Shown here: positions 1 through 8,960 of the stretch, in pieces | Position numbering within the stretch: the first letter of the stretch is position 1 | Layout: the number at the start of each line of letters is the position of its first letter | Assembly: GCF_051097895.1 (NCBI RefSeq) | Contig: NZ_CP142525.1 | Coordinates: 1,500,001 to 1,532,000 of the forward strand | DNA length: 32,000 nt | Source: Psychrobacter sp. HD31 | GTDB taxonomy: Bacteria > Pseudomonadota > Gammaproteobacteria > Pseudomonadales > Moraxellaceae | Direction: 5' to 3' | Position numbers and translations under genes: made by a program | The notes under the pieces: model-generated | Told to the model about the DNA's origin: nothing | What the model saw: only the letters and a program-made list of their open reading frames with translations | Database searches by the model: none

Positions 1-555
1 GGCTTCCATCTCTACCGCTTGGGCATTGGCAAAATGGGTTTTAATGGTTTCAAACTGTTCACTACTGGCAATAAACTGGTCACCACTGACTATTTGCCCT
101 TGGTGTATCGCCGCATCAGCAAATGCTTTACTTGCCTTTTGCATCACACTTACCAAATTAGCATCGCACTCGTACTGCTCTGGCATGCCAGCCATTTGCC
201 CATGTTTGTAACCAAAGGCAGTTACGTCTACATCGTGGTGGGCAACCGCTGTGCCAACCACAATATCACCCACTGCTAAGCCCTTTCCTGAACCATTGCC
301 AATACCCCCTGCAGAGCCAGTGTTAATAACCGCTTTGGGTGCAAAACGCTCAATAACCAGCGCCGTAGCTATAGTGGCATTAACTTTGCCTATGCCACTT
401 TGCAACACCACCACAGGCGTACCATTAATTTCACCACTGTGTATTTTAACCTCTGCTACCTCGGCAGTTTTAGCGTTGGTTAGTTGGTTGGTTAATATGG
501 CAACCTCTTGTGGCATAGCACCAATAATAGCAATTGGGTTAGTTGTGTTTGGCAT
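1..555 (-). CDS. mtnN: 5'-methylthioadenosine/S-adenosylhomocysteine nucleosidase (partial; C-terminus lies beyond the window start)
   Basis: Missing from the ORF track because it runs off the window edge. Reverse-strand translation from ATG 555..553 reads MPNTTNPIAIIGAMPQEVAILTNQL..VVVLQSGIGKVNATIATALVIERFAPKAVINTGSAGGIG..VGDIVVGTAVAHHDVDVTAFGY..IVSGDQFIASSEQFETIKTHFANAQAVEMEA. This matches the MTAN/Pfs hallmarks (IGAM..E, SGIGKV, INTGSAGG, SGD.F, AVEMEA). The + strand ORFs 19..279, 26..211 and 251..592 are antisense shadows. Confidence 0.85.
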   Translation of the reverse strand, partial: MPNTTNPIAIIGAMPQEVAILTNQLTNAKTAEVAEVKIHSGEINGTPVVVLQSGIGKVNATIATALVIERFAPKAVINTGSAGGIGNGSGKGLAVGDIVVGTAVAHHDVDVTAFGYKHGQMAGMPEQYECDANLVSVMQKASKAFADAAIHQGQIVSGDQFIASSEQFETIKTHFANAQAVEMEA

Positions 556-573
556 GGTATTTATCTTAAAGTT

Positions 574-609
574 AAAAAATAGTGTAGGCTAGGCAAAACC
601 ACCGCCTAC
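574..609 (-). terminator. Putative intrinsic terminator after luxS
   Basis: On the minus strand, GTAGGC (609..604) pairs with GCCTAC (589..584) around a 14-nt loop and is followed by ACTATTTTTT. The stem is short and the loop large, so this is a weak call. Confidence 0.35.
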
Positions 610-635
610 AAATTGAGGAATCAGGCTATAAAACA

Positions 636-1106
636 TTAAGCGAAAACTTGCGTCCACTCATCACGCTTGTCTAGCAAGCCTTTTGCAACTTCTTTTGCAC
701 CCTCTAGGCTGTGGCTAGCTGCCCAACCGCATTGTACTTCGTTACAGGCTGGTACTTCGGTTGCTACCAATACGTCTTTTAGGGTGTTTTCAATTAAGTC
801 TAACGCAGCTTCGTAGCTTGGCTCATTAATTAAAGACACGTAAAAACCTGTTTGGCAACCCATAGGTCCAATATCTAATACCAACTCGCTATGGTTACGA
901 GAAAGCTCTGCCATTAAATGCTCTAACGAGTGCAGGGCTGGCATTTCCATATGTTCTTTATTTGGTTGGCAAACACGTAAATCGTATTTGTAAATTTCAT
1001 CGCCATTTTCGCCAATTTTTTTATCGGCTAGGCGTAGGTATGGCGCTTTAACTAGGGTGTGGTCTAAGTTAAAGCTTTCAACATTCATTTTTTGCTTATC
1101 GCTCAT
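636..1106 (-). CDS. luxS: S-ribosylhomocysteine lyase (AI-2 synthase)
   Basis: 156 aa. Metal-binding HSLEH (HxxEH) motif, [10 protein letters not shown] catalytic Cys region, and LuxS-typical N-terminus [16 protein letters not shown]. Confidence 0.95.
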   Translation of the reverse strand: MSDKQKMNVESFNLDHTLVKAPYLRLADKKIGENGDEIYKYDLRVCQPNKEHMEMPALHSLEHLMAELSRNHSELVLDIGPMGCQTGFYVSLINEPSYEAALDLIENTLKDVLVATEVPACNEVQCGWAASHSLEGAKEVAKGLLDKRDEWTQVFA

Positions 1107-1187
1107 GGGTATGTCCTGTGAGTTGTTGCTATTAAGTGTTGCTTCTATTTAGTAGATATAGAAAACATAAGTTTTAAATATGGCAAT

Positions 1188-1196
1188 ATTATATCA
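1188..1196 (-). promoter_or_regulatory. Extended -10 promoter element (TGATATAAT) upstream of luxS
   Basis: The minus strand reads acTGaTATAATattg about 82 nt upstream of the luxS ATG, matching TGnTATAAT exactly. Confidence 0.4.
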
Positions 1197-1252
1197 GTAT
1201 TAAAATCAGTAGGTTTATTAATTTACAATCTAGTTTCAGTCAGCGTATTTTT

Positions 1253-3079
1253 CTAAATATGCTCGGTGCGCTCAATAAGCCATGCCAGTGCCTCACCATC
1301 TACACGGTTTTTAAGCTCGCTTAATACGCTGCTATGGTAGTTATTTAACCAGTTAACTTCTTCTGCCGTTAATAAAGCTTTATCAACCAAACGAGTATCA
1401 ATTGGGCAAAGGGTAACGGTTTCAAACTTTAGGTAATCACCAAAGTCTGTTTCCTGTGGGGTATCTACCGCCACATTGGCAACCAAGTTTTCAATGCGTA
1501 TGCCCCACTGCCCCTCTCGGTATAACCCTGGCTCATTACTGGTTATCATGCCTGCCTTCATAGCACGGTCTTTGGTTACAGGCGTTGGGTAGCCAATAGA
1601 TTGCGGACCCTCATGCACATTTAAAAAGTAACCCACACCATGCCCTGTACCATGACCATAATCCATTTGCTGTGCCCACATTGGCGCTCTGCAGATGGCA
1701 TCTAACAGTGGTGCACCAATACCATTAGGGAAATGCGCCTGTGCCAAAGCAATGTGTGCTTTTAATACAGTAGTAAAGTCACGTTTGTGTTCATCTGTAA
1801 TGTCGCTACCAATTGGTACAACACGGGTAATGTCTGTCGTGCCATTGTGGTATTGTGCGCCTGAGTCGATAAGCAACAAGCCTGAGCCATCTAAATAACT
1901 AAAGCTGTTTGGCGTGGCACGGTAATGCGGCAATGCCCCGTTTGCATTGTAGCCTGCAATGGTAGGAAAACTTGGCGATACATAATGTGGTTGTTTGCTA
2001 CGCACCTCTATCAGCATGGTATCTACATCTAATTCGCTTAAGCGCTCGCCACTGGCAAGCTTGCGTTCAAACTCGGCAAAAAACTGGCAAAGTGCCGCCC
2101 CATCTTGGCGCATAGCTTCTTTAATGTGCTCAATATCTGCACGTGATTTACGAGACTTTAGCAAAGTGCTTGGCGCAGTTTGGTTGATGATATTCACGCC
2201 ATCTTGCAAACATGCCAGCGTGCTGACTGCCACTTTATTTGCATCTATGCACAGGCAAGCATCTGTGGGTATTTGGCTAACTGCTTGCTCAATATCATTA
2301 TAATCCGCAACGCCAATGCCTGCTTCTGCCAGCTCATTTTTGATGTCTTGGTTTAGTTTACTTTGGTCTATAAACAAAGTTGCTTTTGTTGGTTCTATTA
2401 ACAAATGGGCTAAAAATATTGGGTTGTAGTCCACATCTGCTCCACGCAAATTGGTTAACCAAGCAATATCATCCACACTAGAAACAATATGGTAGTTTGC
2501 CCCAATCTCTGCCAATTGCGCACGCACTTTTGCCAGTTTTTGTGCAGCTGTAGTATCCACAAACTCTGCTTTGTGCCGATATACAGCTGCTTTTGGCAAG
2601 GCTGGGCGGTCTTTAAATGTATTCCCCCAAACTTCATCTACCGCCGTGTCATCTGTTGTCATTAAGGTAATGTTATTACTTGCAAACGCCGTTACTATTT
2701 TGTCTTTTTCTGCCACTGCCAGCATACTGCCGTTGATTTCAACACAGCCACCAACAGGTATGTTATCTGCCAGCCACTCCACATGTGTTTTGACACCAGA
2801 TTGCAATTTTTGTAGTTTAATATTTGTATCTGCCAATTCAGCCTCTGCCTGCACCCAATAACGGCTATCTGCCCACAAATACGCCTCATCTGCCGTTACC
2901 ACCAAGGTACCTGCCGAGCCTGTAAAACCAGATAACCACTCACGTGCCTGCCAGTATTCTGGCAAATATTCAGACAAATGCGGGTCTGCCGTTGGTACGA
3001 TGATGGCATCCACGCCTTGCGTTTTAAGCGCTTGCCTAACCAAAGAAATACGCTGGTTGATTATATTTTTATCATTCAT
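1253..3079 (-). CDS. Xaa-Pro aminopeptidase, long (about 600 aa) M24B family form
   Basis: 608 aa. C-terminal M24 pita-bread signatures (DSGAQY..GTTDITR, HGTGHGVG, NEPG.Y, GIRIEN) preceded by long creatinase/prolidase-type N-terminal domains. Confidence 0.85.
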   Translation of the reverse strand: MNDKNIINQRISLVRQALKTQGVDAIIVPTADPHLSEYLPEYWQAREWLSGFTGSAGTLVVTADEAYLWADSRYWVQAEAELADTNIKLQKLQSGVKTHVEWLADNIPVGGCVEINGSMLAVAEKDKIVTAFASNNITLMTTDDTAVDEVWGNTFKDRPALPKAAVYRHKAEFVDTTAAQKLAKVRAQLAEIGANYHIVSSVDDIAWLTNLRGADVDYNPIFLAHLLIEPTKATLFIDQSKLNQDIKNELAEAGIGVADYNDIEQAVSQIPTDACLCIDANKVAVSTLACLQDGVNIINQTAPSTLLKSRKSRADIEHIKEAMRQDGAALCQFFAEFERKLASGERLSELDVDTMLIEVRSKQPHYVSPSFPTIAGYNANGALPHYRATPNSFSYLDGSGLLLIDSGAQYHNGTTDITRVVPIGSDITDEHKRDFTTVLKAHIALAQAHFPNGIGAPLLDAICRAPMWAQQMDYGHGTGHGVGYFLNVHEGPQSIGYPTPVTKDRAMKAGMITSNEPGLYREGQWGIRIENLVANVAVDTPQETDFGDYLKFETVTLCPIDTRLVDKALLTAEEVNWLNNYHSSVLSELKNRVDGEALAWLIERTEHI

Positions 3080-3123
3080 TTTTTTACCCTTAATTATTTA
3101 TTTTGCCTATGGCATTAAGGTTG

Positions 3124-3132
3124 ATTATACCA
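3124..3132 (-). promoter_or_regulatory. Extended -10 promoter element (TGGTATAAT) upstream of the aminopeptidase gene
   Basis: The minus strand reads ttgtTGGTATAATcaacc about 45 nt upstream of ATG 3079, immediately after the lnt terminator. Confidence 0.45.
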
Positions 3133-3165
3133 ACAAAAAACCCACAGCACGCACACCATGGGTTT
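3132..3165 (-). terminator. Rho-independent terminator after lnt
   Basis: Minus strand: AAACCCA-tggtgtgcgtgc-TGGGTTT followed by a T-run (TTTTTG). Confidence 0.7.
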
Positions 3166-3218
3166 ATTTTAAAATCACAATTTAGTAATAAAAAGTTTAG
3201 TGATAAAACGATGAACAG

Positions 3219-4811
3219 TTATTTACCCCGCATCGCTCTATTTTTAGCAACAAAACCAAGTACACTCAGCAGCAACAATATCCCAATAAAAATTAAAACA
3301 GGCGTATTGCCATGGCTTACATAAGGGGTTTTGCCTTGACGTGCTTGCACCTCACCACGCAACACCACACGTTCAAACTGTGGTGCACGTTTTATGATGT
3401 TACCATTATGGTCGATAATTGCCGTAACACCATTGTTGGTTGAGCGTACAAACCAGCGCCCTGTTTCCAGCGCACGCATTTGCACCATCTGCAAATGTTG
3501 CAAAGGTCCTGCCGTTGTGCCAAACCATGCATCGTTTGATACGGTTAGCATAAAGTCACTACCGACGGCATTTTTTCTTGTGGTATCAGGGTACGCCACC
3601 TCGTAACAAATAGCCGACCCCATTTTTTGCCCTGCCACACTTAACGCATTTTGGTTAGCATCGCCACGGCTAAAGTTCATAATACCGAGTGATAAGCTAG
3701 GAAACACGTTTAAAACACCTGAGAAAGGCACATACTCGCCAAACGGCACAAGTCGTTGCTTTTTATAAACACCTGCCTTCCCATCACCCATAGCAATAAC
3801 ACTGTTATAAAATGGTGGATATGGGTCGGTTTCTGGATTGTAAGCAGCGCCATCTACAAAGGGCACGCCCACTACCCAAGTGGTGTCGGTTTCTTCTGCA
3901 ATGTTAGCAATACCGCTCATAAACGGCAGCACTTGCGTTTGAAACATAGGGATAGAAGACTCTGGCCAAATCACGACATCGCTGTCCCATTCTGACTTTG
4001 TCATAGAGGCATAAATTTGTAAGGTTTTGCCACGCAACTCAGTTAGCCATTTTTGCTCTTGCGGTATGTTACCTTGCACTAAAGAAACGGTTAAATTAGG
4101 CGTATCTTTTGCCTGCGTCCATTGAGGGCTAACCAAATGCAAAGCCACAGCGGCTAATACAGGCACGAGCGAAATCAACAGATAACCTGCACGGCTACGG
4201 AATACTTCAACCATGCTTGATGCTAATAAAACCGCCACAAAAGATACTGCCAATACACCAAATACAGGCGCTAGTGATGATAACCATGCTTGCTCTGTAA
4301 ACGCATAGCCAACAAACAACCAAGGAAACCCTGTTAACACCCAGGTTTTTAACCATTCTTGCAATGTCCAAAGCGAGGCAAAGGCAAACGGCTGCTTACC
4401 AACAAAACGGTTAAAAACAACCGCCATTAAGGCATGAAACAGACCCATGCCCAGCCCCATGACCCCAATAGCCAAAATGGCAAGTGGTGCCGGCACATTG
4501 CCATAAGTATGAATGGAATTATATAACCAAAATGCGCCAACGCACCAATATCCTACGCCATATGCCTGACCCAATAAAAACGCACGTTTGTTGGTTATTG
4601 GCGAGATAAGAAGCGCATATAAAATGGCGGGTGAAATAAGCGCCAATGGCCAAATGCCATAAGGGGCAAGCGAAAAGCTAAATATAGCCCCTGCAACTAA
4701 CGCCATGATAACTGCTAAAAATGTAGGAAGCTGTGTTTTTGACTGTTTTTTTAGCCCGGCTCTATTGGTTTTTGTGGCCGTTTTTTTTCTGTTGGTTTTG
4801 GATGCACGCAT
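3219..4811 (-). CDS. lnt: Apolipoprotein N-acyltransferase
   Basis: 530 aa. Multi-TM N-terminal half and a C-terminal nitrilase/CN-hydrolase domain (VIWPESS, ICYE, SNDAWFG). Its position next to corC fits the conserved corC-lnt neighbourhood. Confidence 0.9.
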   Translation of the reverse strand: MRASKTNRKKTATKTNRAGLKKQSKTQLPTFLAVIMALVAGAIFSFSLAPYGIWPLALISPAILYALLISPITNKRAFLLGQAYGVGYWCVGAFWLYNSIHTYGNVPAPLAILAIGVMGLGMGLFHALMAVVFNRFVGKQPFAFASLWTLQEWLKTWVLTGFPWLFVGYAFTEQAWLSSLAPVFGVLAVSFVAVLLASSMVEVFRSRAGYLLISLVPVLAAVALHLVSPQWTQAKDTPNLTVSLVQGNIPQEQKWLTELRGKTLQIYASMTKSEWDSDVVIWPESSIPMFQTQVLPFMSGIANIAEETDTTWVVGVPFVDGAAYNPETDPYPPFYNSVIAMGDGKAGVYKKQRLVPFGEYVPFSGVLNVFPSLSLGIMNFSRGDANQNALSVAGQKMGSAICYEVAYPDTTRKNAVGSDFMLTVSNDAWFGTTAGPLQHLQMVQMRALETGRWFVRSTNNGVTAIIDHNGNIIKRAPQFERVVLRGEVQARQGKTPYVSHGNTPVLIFIGILLLLSVLGFVAKNRAMRGK

Positions 4812-4888
4812 AAAAAATCTTAAAAATGTAAATGGGTTAATAGTCGCTTAATAACCCATATATGATAGCAGTTTGTGGATAAAATGTA

Positions 4889-4921
4889 TAAAAAAACACG
4901 ATGCATGAGTCATCGTGTTTT
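4889..4921 (-). terminator. Rho-independent (bidirectional-looking) terminator after corC
   Basis: ACACGATG (4896..4903) pairs with CATCGTGT (4911..4918) around a 7-nt loop. It is flanked by an A-run upstream and a T-run downstream, so on the minus strand the hairpin is followed by TTTTTTT. Confidence 0.75.
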
Positions 4922-4970
4922 AACATTTTTTATGAGTGTTTGGTCGCTTAATCTGCGTAGTCTGTTGACA

Positions 4971-5843
4971 TTAAAGTCTGGTTATTTCTAACCTATGAAT
5001 AAACCGCCCTTCAACATCCATAATGGTTAACTGCCAGCCATCAATTGTTACTGTCTCATTTTCTAAATCGCTGACCTCGCCAAGAGTTTGCATTACCAGC
5101 CCACCCATGGTATCCACTTCGCTGTCATCAAAGTCGGTACCCAGCTCTTCATTACAATCTTCTATAGATGTGGCAGCTTGCACTACCCATGTTTTATCTT
5201 TGGTTTCATGTTTTACAATGTTATTAAAATCACTGTCTTCTTCAAAGTCATCATGTTCATCAACAATGTCGCCCACAATTTCTTCTAACAAGTCTTCCAT
5301 TGTTACCACACCAACTGTGTTACCAAAGTCATCTACCACAATTGCCATGTGTACTTGCGTTTTTTGTAGTGAACGAAGCAAAGTATCAGAACGGGCATTT
5401 TCGTTAATGTACACAGGTTGTCTTACCAACTCTTTAACACTCACTTGCTTCCCTTCATCTATGCCGTCATCACTGCGTAACAACTTTGTCATAATAGGGA
5501 TTAAATCTTTAGCAAGTAAAATGCCAATAACCGCTTCATCATCTTGGCTATCAAACACAGGATAACGAGAATGGGTGCTTTCAATAAAAACATCCATAAT
5601 ATCTGATAACGTATCGGTTTCGGCAACGCCTACCACATTAGGGCGTGGGGTCATGATTTCGCGCACCTGAGTTGCTGGCAAATCAAGTACACCTTCCAGC
5701 ATTTCTACGGTGTCTGGCTCTAAAAATTGACGGGAGTCGTGAACTAAACGGATAAGTTCATCTCGGGTTTCGGGGGCAGTCGATAACCAGCGTTTTAAGC
5801 CGCGCATCGACCAGCTACTCGAACTAGAACTGTCTTCTGACAT
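4971..5843 (-). CDS. corC: Mg2+/Co2+ efflux-associated protein CorC (CBS-pair plus CorC_HlyC domain)
   Basis: 290 aa. The LPATQVREIMTPR start of the CBS pair, the MAIVVDDFGNTVGVVTMEDLLEEIVGDI motif and a C-terminal transporter-associated domain. Confidence 0.9.
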   Translation of the reverse strand: MSEDSSSSSSWSMRGLKRWLSTAPETRDELIRLVHDSRQFLEPDTVEMLEGVLDLPATQVREIMTPRPNVVGVAETDTLSDIMDVFIESTHSRYPVFDSQDDEAVIGILLAKDLIPIMTKLLRSDDGIDEGKQVSVKELVRQPVYINENARSDTLLRSLQKTQVHMAIVVDDFGNTVGVVTMEDLLEEIVGDIVDEHDDFEEDSDFNNIVKHETKDKTWVVQAATSIEDCNEELGTDFDDSEVDTMGGLVMQTLGEVSDLENETVTIDGWQLTIMDVEGRFIHRLEITRL

Positions 5844-5988
5844 GGTGGGATTTTAATAAACCTCTTGTTGCCTAAGTAATAAGTTAAAATTATGCATTCG
5901 TATCTGCCACTTTAGCTTATGTTATGCGCACAATCAATCATATTTTTTGTAATTTTTGTGTTGCATTTTAGGGTAATAAAATTTGACT

Positions 5989-6480
5989 TTATCCAACCTC
6001 AACCCATGTGATGATTCTATCTTCTAATTCTTCATCTGGCATCCCAACTTCAGATACGCACCTGCCAGCAACACTTACCCCTGCCTGTAACATGGCTTGC
6101 TGGGTTTTTAACTGATCTTGCGTGATTAAAAAGTGCCATTCTGGGATGGGTTGATTGTTATATAAACGTTTATAAGCACAGCTGTTTGGCAACCACATCA
6201 TATTTGGTAGCATTTCAACCGTTAAGTTAATACAATCTGGCACATAGTCTTGTCTGTTGCTATAGTTAGTGCAGTGCCCGGTTAAACAGTCCAATAATTG
6301 ACAAGCCACATCGGTATATTCTACCGATTCTTGGTTGTCTTCATCATCTAAAAACTTAACCAAACAGCATACGCCACAGCCATCACACAAGGCTTCCCAC
6401 TCTGCATGATTCAGTTCATCTAAGGTATATTTTTGCCAAAAATTTGGGCGTATCGCTTGTTGCTTAACCAAGTGCTTCAT
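5989..6480 (-). CDS. ycgN: UPF0260/YcgN family Cys-rich protein
   Basis: 163 aa. WEALCDGCGVCCL CxxCxxCC cluster and further conserved Cys residues, typical of the YcgN/YkgJ-type family. Confidence 0.7.
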   Translation of the reverse strand: MKHLVKQQAIRPNFWQKYTLDELNHAEWEALCDGCGVCCLVKFLDDEDNQESVEYTDVACQLLDCLTGHCTNYSNRQDYVPDCINLTVEMLPNMMWLPNSCAYKRLYNNQPIPEWHFLITQDQLKTQQAMLQAGVSVAGRCVSEVGMPDEELEDRIITWVEVG

Positions 6481-6690
6481 CCATTTAATATATTAATGTT
6501 TTTCATCATAACGTCATTATTGTAGGGCATGTTAATACTAGGTGGTCTTGTTTGTTCAACAACCTTTAAAAAACTGTTAGGATAGCTATAAGTTAAAAAT
6601 TTATTCATTATAGCTATCTTATTATAAAACAAATAACACAACATGAGGCGATATGCCTTGAGCAAAACAACCTAAAATAAGGATATATCT

Positions 6691-7431
6691 ATGTCTAGCA
6701 TGACAACTTTTGAGTTACAGAGCACCACAAAAGAGGGTATCAAGCTATTAAGTTATGTGGCTTTGCCAAACAATACCGAAAACAAACCAACCGCTGGTAT
6801 TTTAATTGCACCCGAGTGGTGGGGCGTGGTTGACCACCCTATTAAAGTTGCAAAAAAGCTTGCCAGTCTCGGCTTTGCGGCGGTGGTGATGGACATTTAT
6901 GGCGACGGCAAAATTACAACCGATGCGATTCAGGCAAATGAATGGATGAGCCAAATGCTAGAAAACCAAACCGAGCTAATGGCACGCTGTGGCGAGATTT
7001 TGGCTGATTTTAGTGAGCAAGTGGCGGTTGATGCCAATAAGTTGGGGGTCGTGGGTTATTGTTTTGGCGGTAAAATTGCGCTGGATATGGCACGCGAGGG
7101 CATGCCGATTAAAGCGGTGGCAACCTTTCATGGCAACCCAACTCCCAAACAACCCGCCAAGCAAGATACCTTTAATGCTAAGGTCTTAGTTGCCCATGGG
7201 GAGGATGACAGCTTTGTCTCGATGGAAGCCATTGAGGGGTTAAAAGCCGAGCTAGACCAAGCCGAAGTCGATTACACCATTGATATATATGAAGGTGCTA
7301 AACACGGTTTTTCTAACCCACATGCAGATGAGCGTGCAAAAGAAAATGGCGTAGATTTAGCCTATAATGAAGAAGTTGCCAACGCCAGCTGGGAAGAAAT
7401 GGTCAACTTTATGAAAGAAACGCTAGCATAG
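6691..7431 (+). CDS. Dienelactone hydrolase family protein
   Basis: 246 aa. Alpha/beta-hydrolase with a Cys nucleophile elbow GYCFGG, acidic residues (HGEDD) and a C-terminal GAKHGF His motif, as in the DLH family. Confidence 0.8.
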   Translation: MSSMTTFELQSTTKEGIKLLSYVALPNNTENKPTAGILIAPEWWGVVDHPIKVAKKLASLGFAAVVMDIYGDGKITTDAIQANEWMSQMLENQTELMARCGEILADFSEQVAVDANKLGVVGYCFGGKIALDMAREGMPIKAVATFHGNPTPKQPAKQDTFNAKVLVAHGEDDSFVSMEAIEGLKAELDQAEVDYTIDIYEGAKHGFSNPHADERAKENGVDLAYNEEVANASWEEMVNFMKETLA

Positions 7432-7518
7432 CGAACTTTAAGCTAAGCAGAGTAACTTTTCTTGTAACTTTTTTTAGCCTAGCAACACAAATTACTGGCT
7501 CATTGAACCACATTAAAA

Positions 7519-7558
7519 ACAGCGTATGGCCATATTAGCCAATGGATACGCTGTTTTT
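7519..7558 (+). terminator. Rho-independent terminator after the dienelactone hydrolase gene
   Basis: ACAGCGTAT (7519..7527) pairs with ATACGCTGT (7546..7554) and is followed by TTTT. A perfect TATAAT follows directly at 7562..7567, probably the mutY promoter -10. Confidence 0.75.
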
Positions 7559-7679
7559 GTGTATAATACTCAATTAAAAAATAAAGGTACCTGCTCACAA
7601 CGTGTTTTGAGATGTGTTTTGGTATTTTTACAGATACCGCCTACCCTTTTCATTAAAAAAACATCTAACTATTGTCATC

Positions 7680-8879
7680 ATGCCAACCACCGACCCTCAA
7701 ATCATTGATATAAAGAAAACATCAATAAATAGCTTTGCGCCACGTTTGCTTACTTGGTTTGATGACTATGGCAGGCATGACTTACCTTGGCAGCAGCATA
7801 AAACAAACTTACCAGATGCCTACAAAGTTTGGATATCTGAGGTCATGCTACAGCAAACTCAAGTTGTAACGGTAATCCCCTACTATAAGCGGTTTATGCA
7901 GTCCTTCCCCACTGTTAATGAGCTTGCCAATGCAAACTGGGATACCGTGGCAGAACACTGGGCAGGCTTGGGTTACTATGCAAGGGCAAGAAACCTACAT
8001 AAAGGTGCCAAACAATTGGTAGATATTATTAACCAAACAGGGCATTACCCTCAAACCGTTGCAGAATGGGAGCAAATATCAGGGGTGGGTCGCTCCACGG
8101 CTGGGGCAATTGTTGCCATGGGGTTGCATGACTATGGGGTAATTTGCGATGGCAATGTAAAGCGTGTCCTTACTCGCTGGGCAGGGATAGAAGATGATAT
8201 TACTAAGGCGGCGACTACCAAGCAATTGTGGGCATTAGCAGAAACACTTACCCCAAAAGATGCCAGCGGTAATTTTGCCCAAGCAATGATGGATATGGGC
8301 GCAACCGTTTGTAACCGTACTAAACCAGCATGCCTAACGGGAGATAAACCCTGCCCCATTCAGGCGGACTGTATTGCTTTTAAGCAAAATAAACAGCTTA
8401 ACTTGCCTTTTAAAGCCAAAAAGAAGCCCAAACCAAGCAAGCACAGTTATGCTTTGGTAATAAATAATCCACAGGGAAAAAGCTTGTGGTTAAAACGCCC
8501 AGAAACTGGTATTTGGGGCGGTTTGTGGTGTTTACCACTTAAATTTATCCACAAGCTACAAGGTAAAAAAATAGTAGAAGATGTCAACAGCGATGCCAGC
8601 TACGAAAAAGAGCTAACAACTGCTGAACAAATCATTGACCAGTTTTTGCAAAATAACAGCATAGATATAAAAGCAGACACACAAACCAAGCAACTCAAAC
8701 ACACGCTTACTCACTTTCATTGGCATATCACCACGTGCCATATTAACCTAAATCAGCAACAACAAAATAAACTCAATAAATTGTTAGCCAATGCCCATAT
8801 TAGCCTTTATTGGTTAGATGTTGAACACGCTCAAAAACAACTCGCCCTACCTGCTGTTATTAACAAAATATTTAGTTAA
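7680..8879 (+). CDS. mutY: A/G-specific adenine DNA glycosylase
   Basis: HhH-GPD core (WISEVMLQQTQV, GLGYYARARNL, ISGVGRSTAGAI), a 4Fe-4S Cys cluster (VCNRTKPACLTGDKPCPIQADC) and a NUDIX-like C-terminal domain (GIWGGLWCLP). Start moved from the track ORF (7614) to ATG 7680 (MPTTDPQ). The upstream residues overlap the promoter region and look non-coding. Confidence 0.9.
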   Translation: MPTTDPQIIDIKKTSINSFAPRLLTWFDDYGRHDLPWQQHKTNLPDAYKVWISEVMLQQTQVVTVIPYYKRFMQSFPTVNELANANWDTVAEHWAGLGYYARARNLHKGAKQLVDIINQTGHYPQTVAEWEQISGVGRSTAGAIVAMGLHDYGVICDGNVKRVLTRWAGIEDDITKAATTKQLWALAETLTPKDASGNFAQAMMDMGATVCNRTKPACLTGDKPCPIQADCIAFKQNKQLNLPFKAKKKPKPSKHSYALVINNPQGKSLWLKRPETGIWGGLWCLPLKFIHKLQGKKIVEDVNSDASYEKELTTAEQIIDQFLQNNSIDIKADTQTKQLKHTLTHFHWHITTCHINLNQQQQNKLNKLLANAHISLYWLDVEHAQKQLALPAVINKIFS

Positions 8880-8960
8880 ACGAATATAAAATCATTTTTA
8901 ATAGTATGTTTATATATATAATAAATTAGGTTATAATGATTGTTTAAGTATCTATTTTAT

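Noticed and set aside
4874-4882. Perfect DnaA box (TTATCCACA, minus strand)
   Set aside because: It is a single isolated 9-mer with no cluster of boxes, no AT-rich 13-mers, and no dnaA, dnaN, gidA or mioC context. It is not an origin and is compatible with chance.
5023-5565. 180-aa ORF on the + strand (also 5088..5288), long enough to look like a gene
   Set aside because: It lies entirely antisense to corC. Its S/T/L-rich low-complexity product is the expected mirror of an acidic D/E-rich gene, and it has no RBS. The same reasoning applies to 26163..26582 (antisense hisH), 17630..18058 and 17134..17415 (antisense lptF), 1695..2861 (antisense aminopeptidase), 11338..12640 (antisense prlC), 29529..30099 (antisense recN), and 19..592 (antisense mtnN).
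6477-6665. 62-aa minus-strand ORF whose TGA overlaps the ycgN ATG (ATGA), suggestive of translational coupling
   Set aside because: The sequence is extremely AT-rich with an N/I/K/Y/F-dominated product. It fills the divergent ycgN/dienelactone-hydrolase promoter region, starting only 25 nt from the opposing ATG, and has no RBS. It is most likely non-coding promoter DNA.
7614-7679. N-terminal extensions of track ORFs (mutY 7614, pepA 18418, methyltransferase 14219, def 24124, ruvX 27359, ndh 28614)
   Set aside because: In each case the extension is AT-rich and non-conserved-looking, and overlaps promoter or neighbouring-gene sequence. An internal ATG restores the canonical family N-terminus, often with a better RBS.
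7680-8879. MutY is about 400 aa, with roughly 25 extra residues in the NUDIX-like C-terminal domain between GGLWCLP and HTLTHFHW
   Set aside because: This is a lineage-specific loop expansion in a variable region. All catalytic and cluster motifs are intact, and there is no evidence of a domain insertion of interest.
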